Shown here one piece after another: positions 1 to 14,953 of a stretch of DNA of 64,000 nucleotides. This stretch comes from Octopus vulgaris (taxonomy: Eukaryota). Every line of letters begins with the position of its first letter. Position 1 is the stretch's first letter. The stretch covers positions 153,078,001 to 153,142,000 of the forward strand of contig OX597816.1 in the NCBI GenBank assembly GCA_951406725.2, given 5' to 3'. A model generated the notes under the pieces. It saw nothing but the letters and a program-made list of their open reading frames with translations, did not search any database and was not told the DNA's origin. The position numbers were made by a program, and so were the translations under genes.

Positions 1-1264
1 ATCTTCAAATCACATCAAAATGTCTTGAATAAGAAAAGTACATATTAGATAATATGGTTTTACATATCTGTTTAAAAAACATGAAATGTCTTTGGTCTGG
101 GGTTTGCTAATAACGAAAATGGAGATTATATGAAACAGGAGTTAGGAATGTGATACAAGTCTTGTAGGAAGGCCTGGGATTTGAATACAATAGATCTGAG
201 TTTGAAGAGAAATGAGTTGGTTATGAGTGGTTGAATTTTATGTTTGTTGTTTTGGCAAGTAGTCCAGTTTCCTATTGATTTCTCAAAGAAGCTGTTTGAA
301 ACCTGAGAGTTTTAAAGATGGATATATTAGAAATAGGCGACAGAGGTTTCTATGAAAGATCACTAAGTGAAATGCAAATTACTTCAGTCAATTAAGGGTG
401 TTATGCCACTGTATAGTGCTTACATTAGTCTAACATTTGCTTAAAGCAAGACAAATTTATTGGTATTATGATAAAATAAATTATAGTTCAGTTTATATCA
501 ATGAAGAGTAAATGATAAACTTTTCTGGAAATCCAAAGTAAAAATCACCAAATGAAATGTCAGATACTTTAGGTTGTAACTAACCATGAAGATAGGGTGT
601 CAGAGCCATTATGAATAATGAATTTATAATTCATATGTTGATAAAATATGTACCAGTAATATGATGGAGTTAGTTGCTTAATTAAAAGAAATCAACAATA
701 TTGACCAAAACCATACATTTTTACAAGAGAAAGTTGCAGTGAAATGAACTGACTCCAATACAAGCCTGGTCCTGATGTTATTGATCCCAGAAATGTGAAG
801 GACTTGCCATAAAAGATCGAGATTGTGAGATCTCTGTACCAATTTTCAAGACTTAATTGTATGTTGTTTATAACTGAAAAGGGTGATGCAGCACCTGTGG
901 CATGATAAAATGCAACTAGTCCCTATTGTAAAGTGGTTGGTGGTAAGGACATCCAACCATAAAAGTCAAACCAAACCTAATACAACATACATAACACCTG
1001 AGTTAGCCAGTTACCTTCTTTTGTTACGTGCTCCAAGTGGTAAAATACAGTGTGACCAGTCCAACATATACCAGCATGGGAAAATAGACGAATGATGATA
1101 TAAGCTTTGAATTCAGAAGAGAGAGAGAGTGAAGCATAACTAAATATTGAGAGTCTCTGTACTTCACAATTTTTGCTAAACCAACATCATTAAAGTGACA
1201 TAAATCAAAATTTCATTTTCTAGGAAGGCAACAAAAAGTAAATAACAAAAAAATGAGGACATAC

Positions 1265-1437
1265 CTGAATTGGGAAATTAAAGATGGAAATCGGATTGGT
1301 GTACCTTGAGTACATAGAATATCAGATAGCACATTTAGTGAATGCATACCAAGTGAATTTAGTACAGCTTTGTCTAGAACTTTCTGTAACACTTGTAAAC
1401 TCTTTCGGCCACAAAGAGAGCCACCCTGATTAGCTGG
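1265..1437 (-). CDS. PARPBP: PARPBP-like exon (PANQGGSLCGRKSLQVLQKVLDK...FPSLISQFR); gene apparently continues beyond the left window edge
   Basis: ttttttacag acceptor and CAG|gtatgt donor; 173 nt, phase 0 to 2. Resembles human [23 protein letters not shown]...SILTLFR (recalled). Confidence 0.9.
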
Positions 1438-1899
1438 CTGTAAAAAAGGTGGGATAAATGATAAAAACAAAAGCCATATAAACAATGACAGTGCTTAGAG
1501 ATATATTTAATAGATTTATAGAAAGTGGGTACATTCCAATATTTAGAGAAAATGTGAATGTCAAGTCCTAATGGCATTTTAGGAAATGATGTTTAGTTCA
1601 GGTTTCACAAAATAAGATGAGAGAAATATTGCCCTATATATAGAATGCTAGCTTATTTTGGATGAGAATCCTGTATCTCAATATCCAAATGAATTTAAAC
1701 AATAAAGTCAAGTGCTTTGCCTTAGTATACATCGAAACATGCACCTACAACCTTTCAGCTGATAAAGCTGACAGTTCAATATCAATACTGTCTCCTCTAA
1801 CTTGATTTGCTTTTACATATACACTTAGACAGCAAATGCAGATGAAATATGACCCTCTCTACACATCTGTAGATGTATACATAATATTATTGTCATAAG

Positions 1900-2270
1900 T
1901 GCAGGATTGGCCGTGTGGTAAGAAGCTTGCTTCCCAACTACATGGCTCCGGGTTCAGTCCACTGCGTGACACCTTGGGAATATGTCTTGGGCAGACCAAA
2001 AGCTTTGCCAGTGGATTTGGTAGATGGAAACTGAAAGTATCCCATCATATATATATGTATTTGTGTGTCTGTTTGTCTCCACCACCATTGCTTGACAACC
2101 AATGTTGGTGTGTTTACATACCCATAATTTAGGGGTTCGGCAAAAGAGACCTATAGAATAAGTACTAGACTTACAAAGAATAAGTCTTAAGGTTGATTTG
2201 TTTGACTAAAGGCGGTACTCCAGCATGGTTGCAGTCAAATGACTGAAACAAGTAAAGGAAAGAATAAAAG
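1900..2270 (+). mobile_element. CORE-like tRNA-derived SINE
   Basis: GTGTGGTAAGAAGCTTGCTTCCCAAC...GGGTTCAGTCC head, ACCTTGGG core, internal TA/TG tract and shared tail. Confidence 0.8.
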
Positions 2271-2339
2271 AATTGCAGACTTGAATAGATAAGTTTACTT
2301 TACTGCATATCACCACACCATCATTCATCAGTTCTAGGG

Positions 2340-3775
2340 CCCCAAAGTGATGAAATCTGACTTCACCACTTCCTTTCTTATCTTAATCTTTCACAAGTAC
2401 CAGCCACTGACAGTTTAATGCTTTTTTTTTTTTTCATCCAGCACACCTTGTCCAATCACAACACATCTTCAACTAATGTAATTCTTTCTCCTGCATACAT
2501 CAGCTGATGTATTTAATATACCAAATACAGAAGCACCTGACTAATTCCATATGCTTAGCCCCATTGTTTTATCGCACTCACTGCTGACATTTCAAAGGGA
2601 AATTATGATGGCCATTAGAAACAAACTTCAGTTTCCTTTCCCATGTCTGCCAGTATGACTCTCACAAAGCCAAATCTACTCTGCTATATCACTCACTTGT
2701 AGGATCTCACTCTTGAATAACTTAGTGAAAATATAGTTGTTGACTTGAAACAGCAAAGGATTCAACCAGTCTAGAATATGAATCATATGGCAAAACTATT
2801 CACCTATGGGTGACATCCAGCTTTTGCCCCTTGGATCAGTGGCTTCCTGTCAGATCATACTATTACTGTGCATACTGATGGATCTCTTTAACCTGTACTC
2901 TAGCGTGCCCTAAGTTTTGATTTTGTCCTTCTATAAAATCAATAACCTACATGCCATCACGTCCAACAATGTCCGCTCTTTATTTCTTACTATCCACATG
3001 CAAAGTTTGGACTGATTTTATGAACAGAGACGTTGAGAAAAATCCTCCAATAAAGTAATGCCAATCTTGTCTCCTTCAAAAGTATGACACAACCCCTGCA
3101 TATATCAAGAAAATATTATTGCTCATCGCCCTCTCTCAACAAAAAAGCAAGAACAACATTCAACTAGAATCCTCAGGGCTGCTAAAAATGTTAGTTCTCA
3201 TGACCTCTGAGAATCACACTTGGTAAATACACATACTCAGCATAGCAAATACTGTATCACAAAGACTGGCTTTCCTCTTCATGGCAACAAAGTACTTCAG
3301 TGCCTAAAGACTTCTAACTTTATAAATCTCAAGTAGGACCCACAATGTGATACTACTCTTAATTCTGGGATGGTATTGCTGCTATATACGACAACATAGA
3401 CATTATTCCAAGAAAGTCCACCTGTTGGAATGAATTATTCTCTAACCTTTGTCCCAAAGGCATGTCTCTTCTTTCTGCCTCTTTTACCACTACTATAGTG
3501 ACCTCTGCTCCTTGGAGTTGGTTGGTCATGTGTTACCTCCACTTAGATGCTTGAAAATACTAATCTCACCTGTTATCACCTATACTGTGTCCACTCACAA
3601 CACACTACCTCACTTACTACCCTTTATGCCCTATCCCTTCTTCCTGAAATGTACCTCTGGTATTCACTCACTATGATCATTAATTTCCAACTGATCCATA
3701 AGAACATTAAATGCTTCAATCTCACTGATGTCAGGAAGTCTTTAAAGACCATGAACATAGCTCATTCCACTTGAC
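2340..3775 (+). mobile_element. Highly decayed CR1/L2-group LINE ORF2 remnant
   Basis: Residual C-terminal motif KTGFL..KYFS..LLTLYKSQV.PT..Y...WDG around 3260-3375; many stops and indels. Confidence 0.5.
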
Positions 3776-6700
3776 TAATCCAATATATATATATATATAT
3801 GTAATAAAATATCTAAAAGAACATGTAAATGATATCAAGACTTTGATGACCCATGTACTGCTTGTAATAGAAAGGTAAGTAATATTAATGAACAAAATAA
3901 GCTAACCCTACTAAAAAGAAGAGAAGGAAGAACCTTTTAATGAATTAATATGAGAAGAAGCCATGACTATTATAAGTTTTCTAAAACTAATGTGATTGAT
4001 TCTTCAGTATCTATAAGCCAATGTCTGTGAAAAAACATGAAGGAAGGGTAGGTGAATCAACTGTTTGGTCCAAATGCTTGCAGTAAGGGGAATTCTGCTG
4101 AAAGTGCCCATGAGCCAGTGTGATGTTGCACATGGTTGTATGTTAGGCTGAACTCGTAAGATGCTTTATACATACAAGTGAAAAGTTGTAAGTCTAAATC
4201 CTTCATTCAGATTCCTTTATATAATTCATAACAAAAATAGAACTGAAAGTGCAATGAGGTGGCAATAATGGTAGAGCTCTGATTCAAAATTACTAAGATA
4301 CTTAGCTCCATTCTTTTTGGAATATTAAAATAATTGATAGCTCTTCATATTAATATGGTTTTTGGTGCTATGAAGGGACTTTTCTGGATATTATTACAAC
4401 AAAAACATCTCTCTAATGATTTTGCTTTACATTTTCCTGTACAAGTATGATAGTTGATAAATACTGATGATAAAAATTAAGAATACAAAAAAGTTAATTC
4501 TAAAAAAAGGAGAGATATTGATTGTAATATATTTATGACAGTAAAAATACCATGCCAGAAGTAGCCTCAATAATATGGGTTTATCCACGCCAGTTGATAG
4601 TTCAAACTGTTTCAGAATTTGTGTTTTACATAGTAACTATAGAGTGATTAGATCAACCTGGGAGTTCTTCATTCAGATTTTAAAACCTCTACAGACAACA
4701 TATAATTCAAGAAGGTAAAATTGACAGCAATTGAAGATTTGTTTTGAGTTGTATCAAATTAAAGCAATGTTTCAATTAGTTTTGATGATTCTAATAAAAT
4801 CAATAAAGTATTTGGCACAATATGTGATTATATCTCTTCATACTCTGAGATAAAACCTGTCCGGGTTGACTTAGCCTTTCATTCTGCTGAAGAATTAAAA
4901 ATATCTATAAGTGCTGTGATTAATATAAACACTTATACCTCTGAAAGTGGTGCCCAGCATAAAGATAGTTCAATGACAGCAACTGGTGGAAGAATATAGA
5001 ATATACTAGTTATAGATACACCCACATGCAAACACACATACAATTGATGGTCGGTGGTAGATAGCAGGATTGCTTGAGTAATGATGACAATGCTTTACAT
5101 TTTAATTTTGAAACTCACCAGAAAATTTGTATTTCATCTTGCTAAGCTTGATAAAATGTACTTAACAGAATTGTCTATGGTTGAGGAGGTAATGCCTTTC
5201 TACATAAAGTCCAGTGATTAACATCAGTAAAATAATATAATCAAATTGAGGAAATGTCTGAATTGTTAAAAACTGGATATATTTGAATAATCATGAAAAT
5301 ATCCAGGATCATTGGAGTCAAAGTATGGATAAATGAAATAATATATCAAAAGCAAAGAGGAAAATGAATAATAAATGAGCACCAGACAATCAGCAGTGAT
5401 GTCCAATTCATCTAGTTGTAAGTAGCACCTGGTGGTCATCATCATCATTTAATGTCTGCTTTCCAGGCTGACATGGGATGGACAGTTTGAATGAGGTCTG
5501 GTGAGCCAGAGGCTGCACCAGGCTCAATCTGATCTGGCAAAGTTTCTACAGCTGGATGCCATTCCTAACGCCAACCACTCCAAGAGTGTAGTGAGTGCTT
5601 TTATGTGCCACCGGCACAAGGGCCAGTCAGGTGGTCTGACAACAACCAATGTTCAAAAGGTGTTTTTATGTGCTATCTGCACAGGAGCCAGTCCGGTGGC
5701 ACTGGCAATGACCATGCTTGAATGTTGCTTTTCACATGCTAGTAAGGCGACTCTGGTAACGAACATGCTCGAATGGTGCTTTTCATGTGTCACCAGTACG
5801 GGAGCCAATCTGTGACCCTGGTAATGAGCACGCTTGGATGTGCTTTTAACATTCCACAATCAGGCGGTACTGTCATCGGCCACATCAGTGACTTTGATCT
5901 TGATTATTTCAAGCAGTGATATCACTGTAAAGTTAACCAGTAGTTCATTGATTTGTAGAACCAAATTTTATTCTAATTGTGGAAAAATATAGCCTTTCAA
6001 AAGAGGCTGACACACTATCATCTTCATTTAACGTCTGTTTCCCATGTTGGTATGAGTTGGACAGTTTGACTAGAGCTGGCAAGCCAGAGAGCTGCACAGG
6101 GCTCCAGTCGTCTGTTTTGGCATGGTCTCTAGGGCTGGATGCCCTTCCAAATGCCAACCATTTTACAAAGTGTACTGGATGCTTTTTATTTGGCACTGGC
6201 ACATATTTTTTTTTTTATAAGGCACTGGCAGGGTTGCCAAGTAACTTGCAAGATAAGTTGAAAGAGGAAGCTGAGGAAAGTGGCTGTGTGCCAGGCGAGA
6301 GGTTAGAGTATGATAGAGGGATAGAGATAGTTGTCTTACAATAGAGGAGATACTTGGCTATTCCTGTAGGACAAGAAAGGAGAAGGTGGGAGAGAATTAG
6401 GGAGAAAGATAGAGATAGTCACAGTGAATGGTAAATTTGTTTTGTCATCATTTTAGTGCCTGCTTTTCCATACTTAAAGTTTCTAACTGGCTAATCACTA
6501 GTTTAATGCATTTACAATGGTAAGAGTTTATAATTTTTTTCACAGATGTTAATATAATTTTCCGATCATTCATTCACATATGTGCAATGGAGTTCAGCAG
6601 TTTCTAACAACCAAATATTATGGCTATGGTAGAAGACACTTGCCCATGGTACTGAAGTGAACTTAATCCCATAGCCAGTTAATCCCAATGCTAGTTTAAT

Positions 6701-7156
6701 GTCAGAGAAACTCGTAGACGACCGAGGTGAGAATGGATAGACTCAAAGGACAAAATGATTTATCATGTTAAGGAAGCAAAAGTAATCTGGAAAGCAAATT
6801 AATCATCCTAATTCAGTTTCTTAGTGTTCTTCATGTTACATATTCTCTATCCCGCTTGTCATTTATCATGTATGCAACACCAGGAAATAATTTAATTTTA
6901 ACCAATTCTCTCTTTTTTTTCAATGACATATATTTATGTATGCATAGTAATTTGTTCTGTAACACTTTATCAAGTTATAACAATGATACAAGAATATATA
7001 CAAAGTTGGTTCCCATAGTTTCTGGAAAAAAAATTTGAATATTAAACTGGGCTTAATAGTTTTTTCCATTTTAATTTTTGAGTAATGCTCAATGCATGAA
7101 ATCTTACAGGTGAATTAATGTACTAGCTTAAAGGGAGATAAATACGAAAGACAAAC

Positions 7157-7322
7157 CTTGCATGGGCTCTCCAATGTAGTCTTCTCCAGAATATCTACCA
7201 CAGCACTTATATCAGATTGAAGTTGTTCAGCAGCTGTCTCTAGAGCTGGTTTTTTAGATAAACTCTCTTTACTTTTCAAAATTGTGTTCTTGATAATATT
7301 AATTACTCTTTGACAGGCTGAT
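7157..7322 (-). CDS. PARPBP: PARPBP-like exon (SACQRVINIIKNTILKSK...VVDILEKTTLESPCK)
   Basis: ttgctacag acceptor and AAG|gtttgt donor; 166 nt, phase 2 to 0, fitting both neighbours; lies within ORF 7115-7504. Confidence 0.85.
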
Positions 7323-8512
7323 CTGTAGCAAAACAAATAACACGTATAGTGGACTTCATTTAGGCATAGAGTAGATTCGAACCTGAATCTGCCAATTTCC
7401 CTTAACTTTGCAACAGCACTTTTCTCACAGAGAAACATTGACTTGACAGCATTAAAATGAACACATGGCTTGCCACTTGACCCTTCTAACCGCTTCCAGG
7501 CCATGTAAATTTAGAATTGAGATAACAGGTACCCCCAACGAAATCTATTGTTCTCAACAATATGTCTCTCCTTCTGACTGGTTGTGCATGGTTATAAATA
7601 CTAGAATTTGGTAAGGCAAAATCAGTTAGTGAACAGAGACCAACTAGAGATGGCCTCAAGCAGACAGCCACTTGAGACAAAGCTACAATCAGCGACTATG
7701 AGAGACAACTTCACTCAACTCTCTAACTTTCACAAGCTCACTTTCTTTTCTCTACAACATTACTCTATCTCTATCTGTTGTTTACTACTTCACAATGGCA
7801 AGTACACAAACACAAAGTATACAGGGAAAAATCTACGATGTCTATCTTTACTTCGAATGCTTTACGAATTTATCATACTAACCTGTTGTGGTTTTGGCTT
7901 TATACAAAGTAAGGGTAAATAAATGTTTGTTTACAACTTCAATCACTGTTCTTCTTTCATCTTGCACTTCTGCCACATCAACATCCATTACAATTGCCAA
8001 CTTCTGAACCATTATTACTCATCAATTACAACTGGCTATAACCACCTAATTTACTGTTACACATGTGTGTTTCTTAGATATGTATACTACATCTGTATAT
8101 TATGCAAGGAACATTAATAGCATCAGTGTCACAGATCTTGGAGGGGTTTCAAAAACTACAAGCACATCTTCCTCCATCTCTAGCAAGAGTGAAAAGGACA
8201 AATTACTTCATTTCATTCCCATTAAAGGCCTAACATCTATGTGTAAGCTGTTGTTTTTGTTATTATTGAGAATAGTAGATGGCAGAATTGGTAAAGAACC
8301 TGACAGGATAGTTTGCAGTATGGATGTATTTAACAGAGTCCATTGTGTTGCAATCAGGAGGAGGATATTAGTTGAAGTCAATCTCAATACTTGACTGGTA
8401 TTTTACTGACTTTGGTAGAACGAAAGGTCAAAACTGACCTTGATGGATTTAAACTTAAAGTGTAAAACACTGTAACTTAATACCACATGGCATTTTGACT
8501 GCTGCTTTATAG

Positions 8513-8745
8513 TAATGGTTCTCAACTGGGTTCCACATAAGATTTTGCTGTTAAAATTTATCTGCAATAAAGTGGTTATATCTCTACAATACACAAAACA
8601 TTTTAACAATTTTTTAAATACAATTTCTAATAATATTGAATTATAAAAATATAATGGGTACTTTTTTAAACATCAAATATTTATTAGGGTCCAGTAGAGT
8701 AAAATGGAAATCAAAGGGGTTCACAGGCAAAAACTAGTTGTGGCA
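8513..8745. mobile_element. Older copy of the same hAT MITE in the opposite orientation
   Basis: Reverse-complement similarity to 26129-26380 over about 230 bp. Confidence 0.7.
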
Positions 8746-10014
8746 ATCCACAAACCCTTAATAATTGTTTTTAATTTATTAGTATATAAACTGGCTATAT
8801 CAAACCCAAATATTCTGTTTTATGCTCAAACTGGCCATATCTGGCCTCTCACACCTACCCTACAACATCATTTTAAAAATAAGCAATCATATCATTAAAA
8901 TCTCCAAGCAACAAGATAATGTATGATTATTTCAAAATAATGCGAATAAACAAGCATTAAATTTGACAGAATAATATGAATGTTAAAGGGTTAAGGCAGG
9001 AGGCTAGCAATTATGAAGGAAGAGTGTTTGTTCATTAAATTGGAACTTTATTTCATTGTCTCTGAAAAGATGAAAAGCACAGTTGGACTTAACAGGATTT
9101 AAACTCAGAATGTAAAAAGACATACCTAAATACCACAAGGTATTTTATTTAATGCTTTACTGATTAGTATTTGTTTGCAATACAGGCTGAAGGCTAGAAA
9201 TTTGTGGGGAGAGGAGAGGGTTTGTCAAGTTGACCCCAACACTTCACTAGTACCTTGGAGGGATGAAAAGCGAAGTTGACCTCAAGTATATAAATTAAGT
9301 TCCTTTAATTCTGTAAGGACTACCAAAACACATCATATATTAAATTCTACCAAAAACTGTTGCTAACCTAATCTTTTTGATACCAATCTGCTTGAAATTG
9401 CTCTTGGCTCTGATACAAACTTCCATTTTTAATGTGAGAAAATGAAAAACCTTCCATCAAAATTTCAATTTATGTTCCAAATATCAGCTTAATAATGACA
9501 AAGTAATTTTACTAAAATTTATTACTTTCAAAATTAACTAAAACAAAAGCAGTGTATTGCAACAGAAATATGCATGGAAGCTCATTGAAGAGGCTACCCT
9601 GGTTTTTCAACATAAACTGGCTTAAGAATGTCTTTAACAGAATTCATTCTGTTGTAAGTATTCAGGTTAGGTCTCCATTCTGATAGTAACTTCCTACCAC
9701 CAATCACAGAGGTTCTGATAACAGGATATGACATTCTTCTTCTAACAATGACTTATACAAGCATTTCCTCAAAGGGCCACTCAGTGGGATTGAACCTTAA
9801 ACAACATACTTTTAAAACAAAGTTTTAAACGATGTGGCCATACATATGCCTCTCATTCTTCAGGAGTCAATAAAATAATATCAAGTTTGTACTGGGCCTG
9901 ATTTTATAGTATGTTATCTACAATATTTGTGACATTGTGTCAGCATTAGAAATCATTATAAAGGTAATGATCAAGGGATCGCATAGAGTAAGCCAGACAA
10001 AACATCTTGTATTC

Positions 10015-10660
10015 CTCATCATTGTTTAACGTCTGCTTTCCATGCTTTAATCTGGCAAGGTTTCTACAGCTGGATGCCATTCCTAATATTAACCACTTCG
10101 AGAGTGTAATGGGTGCTCTTTACATTCCACCAGCACAAGGACCAGTCAGGCGCTACTAGCATCGACCACGCTTTAACAGTACTTTTTACGTGCCACCGGC
10201 ACAGGAGCCAGTCGGCCAGCACTGGCATCGGCCACGCTTGAATGGTGCTTTTAACATGCTACCGGCACAGGAACCAGTCCGGCGACACTGACATCGACCA
10301 CTACAGTGATTTTATTTGACTCAATAGGTCTTCTCAAGCACAACATATTGCCCAATGATTGAAGGAAACTCTTAAATGGGCTGGTTATGTGACATTGGCA
10401 TAGGCCATAGCTATGATCTTACTTAGCTTGCTGGGTCTTTTCAAGCACAGCATATCTCCAAAGGTCTTAGTCACTCGTCATTGCCTCAGTAAGGCCCAAC
10501 ATTCGAAGGTTGTGCTCCATCATCTCATCCCATTTCTTCCTGGGTCTACCTCTTTTACAAGTTCCTTCCACAGTTAGAGATCGGCACTTCTTTACACAGC
10601 TGTCCTCATCCATATGTAACATGACCATACCAGCACAGCTGTCTCTCTTGCACACCACAC
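10015..10660 (-). mobile_element. RTE 3' end fragment; related 3'UTR pieces at about 870-1100, 5436-5900, 6016-6420, 11957-12195, 17200-17620 and 23150-23680
   Basis: VEGTCKRGRPRKKW and the shared 3'UTR motif GGCATCCAGCTGTAGAAAC...CATGGAAAGCAGACGTTAAAC followed by a (GAT)n-type tail. Confidence 0.8.
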
Positions 10661-12698
10661 CTGATCCTCCTTAGGTGTTATTTAGTTAAATCTCTTTATG
10701 CTCCGAGTTCAAATTTATCCTTCCAAAGTCATAATTACATTCACATGACTTTTTGTAATACTAAATCAACCCCATTATTTTAGCTGATACTTCATTTTAT
10801 TGAACCCCACCACAATAGAATATACCTTTTCTCCATAGCATATGAATTAATGTGAGCTAGCAGAATCATTAGAGCATTGACAAAAATGCTTTGTGGTATT
10901 TGTTCTGGCTCTTTGCATTCTGAGTTCAAATCTTAGCAAAATCAATTTTGCCTTTTCCCAATTTTGCCTAATAAAATATAGCACCAGCCAAGTACCAAAT
11001 CATCTAAAACCCTCTCCTCATATTTATTGGCTTTGGGTCTAAATCATAAACTATTATCATTATTGAGAGCCTTGAATCTTGAAATTGGTAGAATTTTCAA
11101 TAAAATGCTTTGTACTTGTTTAGGTATATCCCCTTCAATTCTATCCTAAATTCACTATAAACCCACAAAAAATGCCAATCATTCATTAAGGGAGATGTGA
11201 CAGAATCAACAGAACATTGCATACAGTATCTTTATGAAAAAACCAGTACCACAGTGGACACACTATGTATTAAAGACTTAGTGCAACTGGGGACACAATA
11301 CCATGCAAGACAGTGGGCACAATAACTTATATGATGGATACAGTACTTTGTATTATAGAAATAGTATAGACATATGTTGTAGTATTTAATTATGTTCCAA
11401 GTTCCACCTTGCCTTTCATCATTTCAGAGTCAAAGTAAATACTAAATTAAACAAACACTTCTTGGTGCCAAAGTTACTGTTACTAAGATGGTGGAAGTGT
11501 GTGAGTGTGTGTTGGAGGGGCTGAGGGAGGTAATACAATTGTACTCAGTACCTAGTAGCTATAAATTTCATCTTCCAACTTTGAGTTCCAATCCAGTGAA
11601 GGTAAAAGTTACTTTTTGCCTCAGAGTTTATAGAATAAAACCAGGTTTATACTGGAGTTGTGTTAATCAAACCAGCAAATTTGTAGTATTGCCTTAATAT
11701 GAGCAATTACTACTGTTCTTGTTTAATTCTAGGTCAGCCCTGATACAGCAGAACTATTTTTAAATATGATTCAGGTGTAAGCATCCTGCCTTCTTTTTAA
11801 GATAGTGTCTAGGATTACACTGTTTAGTGCGTCTTTCCCTTTTTAAAACGGTAAAGTATGATTTAAGAAAGATATAGTTGTTACTTTTAGAATAATGAAT
11901 GATCACATAGAGGCTCTTCTGTTGGTTTATTATGATGACTGTTGAAGTGAGTGAAGTATCATCATCGTTTAACATCCGTTTTCCATGCTAGCATGGGTTG
12001 GATGTATGACTGAGGGCTGGCGAACCAGATGGCTGCACCAGGCTTCAATCTTGATCTGGCAGAGTTTCTACAGCTGAATGCCCTTCCTAATGCCAACCAC
12101 TCCGAGAGTGTAGTGGGTGCTTTTACGTGCCACCGGCACAGGGCCAGTCAGGCAGCACTGGCAACGACCTCGCTTGAATCTTTTACACATGCCACACTAA
12201 ACAGTACTTAACTCCATTCCTCAGTTCTGAGTTCACAAACAACAAGTCCTACTCAGATTTTCAAACCTCTGGTAAAATAACTGATATATTCTCAAGTCAA
12301 TTCCTTTGACTCAACAAAGTTATCCTATATTAGTCATAGGATGACAATACTCATGACTTTTGTATTTTAGTCAATATCATCACTACTAGCCCATCTTATT
12401 TTGACTCAACAAAAAAGCTTCTATATGTTCACAAGATCTGCTAGAAATATCAGCCAACTCTCTCTCAAATCCAACCCAACCATTTTAAATAAAAGGTGAC
12501 ATGGGACAAAACGGTTATAGAATGATGTTGGCAGATTAAAAGATGGATGGTCATGGCTGAAACAGCTTAACTCATATGTCTGTTCCTTATTTTAACAGCA
12601 CATCCTATCAACAACCAAAGTATTTATCAGTGTAGCTATATTTATTGAACTACAAGTAATGAAGAAAGACTAAAATCAAAAGTAGTTTCAGATACTAC

Positions 12699-12853
12699 CT
12701 GACATTTTGGTCCTCTTCAATAACAGTTTGTAGTTTATGCAGGAGGTCGATAAACTGTGACAAACCCTTCACATGCATTCTTAGATGGCTGGTTGAGTCA
12801 GGAGCATAGCCCTTACCTCCAAGTCTCAGCTTCATTATAAACGAAACAGCTTG
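12699..12853 (-). CDS. PARPBP: PARPBP-like exon (QAVSFIMKLRLGGKGYAPDSTSHLRMHVKGLSQFIDLLHKLQTVIEED)
   Basis: tacatag acceptor and CAG|gtagta donor; 155 nt, phase 0 to 2. Carries the LGGKGYAP...LR.HVKGLS.FI motif of PARPBP. Confidence 0.95.
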
Positions 12854-13973
12854 CTATGTAGAAAAGAAACAAGTAAACAATATTGATTGGAATAACAGGA
12901 AGCAATTATAGTGATGTTAAAAGGAAGAACAATAGTAGTTTAACCCTTTCATTATCAACCTGTTCAAAGCAGCTTGAAATTTTCAACAGTCCTGAGACAA
13001 CCTGTAATTACCTATTCATATTTAAATGAGAATATCGACATAATTACTACATTAGTGCTAATTCATGATTTCAATGAATATTGCCTGGCATTGTATAATG
13101 CAAAATTTGTGTTCTACAAATTTTTTGGCAATTTTTTCCACATCATAAACTTTTCTATAACTTTGTGTACTTGGAGTAATGGATATCTGCATTACATTTA
13201 GATGAGGAACATTATAGTTCTTTATTTGAAAATAAAGCCCCCCCCCTCTACCCATTACCCAACCAAAACAAAAGAATTCCTTCTATTCTGTACTATTTTT
13301 GGCTATTTATAGTATATAAATACCAGTAAGCATTTATATCCCATAAATAGGACATCAAATGAAAAAAAGGTTTGTAATTTGAACATTGCCACTACAATGG
13401 GAAACAAAGTCAGCAAGGCCTTAGATATAATATTCTCTGAAAATTAATGCTTCCATATCATAAATAAGGATGTATTTTATTTTGTGACCAGTTCTTCAGT
13501 TCTCTTAAATTTGTGGAAGAATCACAAGTTGTGGCAACATAAATATATTCTACATGGAGTACAAATACAATGTCATTGGATATAAAAAAGCAAAATTAAA
13601 AAGTGTTGGGAAAATCCAGAAGTAGAAATGAAATTTTTTTTTGTGCCTGTATAAAGAGACACAAGTAAATCAATTTTCCATTCACTTGTTCTCAACCAAA
13701 TGCGGATGAAAATGGAGACAACATTTATAAATAAATGTTGCTTACAACAGTGACATGGTTGGTGTAAATCAGATTAATCAAATGACATGCTATTACAAGG
13801 TTGGTAGACCAGGTTATTAGTAGCGGCAAAACCATTTTGGTACATAGTAATTGAATATTGTGAATGCTTTTTTACTACATACCAAATTGCCCAAAAGCAA
13901 CATGACCATCTTTTGGGAGAAAGGAAAATGTTTGCCAGAAGGATATTCCTCTGAATTTGGCTAATTTCCATTA

Positions 13974-14012
<39 letters not shown>

Positions 14013-14527
14013 ATAATAATAATAATAACAACAACAATAATAATAATAAATCAATGGCCTCAAGAGACTGTGCCAAGAATGCCAACACAATAAAAGAAAG
14101 TTCTTAGCAGACAATCAATTGAAATGTCCTTTTCTGCAAGATGAAACTAAACAGAGTGGGCTGCTTTACAACTTAACACAAAAAAGAACTATTAAATTCT
14201 GTATCTATACTTTTGTTATATAAAATATTATCAAATTTACCTTGTTTTAAATTGTCAATCTTTTATAATTCTAATTTAGCTGTTAGGTGTGTCCAAATAC
14301 TACCTAATTACAATAGTGAATCCCTTCTTCACCGCTTTATGTACCTAATTATGTATGTGTGTATAAATTTGTTTGAGCCCTTAGTTTTCTTCAAACATTT
14401 CAACAAATTCCTATTTTTTAAGTTGTTTACCCTTTTGGGGCAATTATATTTGTGACCGTTAGTTACAACCTATGTTTGATTTCAGACAGACAGATATACA
14501 AGGAGATGAAACAATAAGTTAGTTTAC

Positions 14528-14692
14528 CTGATACATAGGCAATCCACTTTTCTTGGCTTCACGTTTGAGGTCAGTAAAAGCCTGATGGTCAAGTCCTCGG
14601 TCAGGAACATTAAGGACACGGGCCAGACTTATCTGGCTGCGGGAATTGACCAAGAGATCAAGGTAGGAATAAAATACCTGGTAAATATACCT
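14528..14692 (-). CDS. PARPBP: PARPBP-like exon (RYIYQVFYSYLDLLVNSRSQISLARVLNVPDRGLDHQAFTDLKREAKKSGLPMYQ)
   Basis: Pyrimidine tract plus tag acceptor; CAG|gtaaac donor; 165 nt. Close match to human [39 protein letters not shown] (recalled). Not in the supplied ORF track. Confidence 0.95.
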
Positions 14693-14953
14693 CTAGTAAA
14701 TGAAGAGAGAAAGAGAAAACTATTAGAATTTTCATACTTAGCAGAGATATGGGAGATGTCTGATGTCTGTATGTGTGCATTAGTGAGAGTTTGTGTGTAT
14801 GATTCAGGACCACGAGGAAAGGCTAGTGTTCAAGCATTTAAGTAGAAGACCTTGTATCATCATCATTTTTATGTCCTGTTGACTGAATCCCCTTCCTGTT
14901 GCCAACCCTTACCCTTTTCATTATATATATATACATCCACACACACATAGAAT

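Noticed and set aside
7323-7504. N-terminal part of ORF 7115-7504 as coding sequence
   Set aside because: It lies upstream of the splice acceptor at 7323; only 7157-7322 fits the exon phases.
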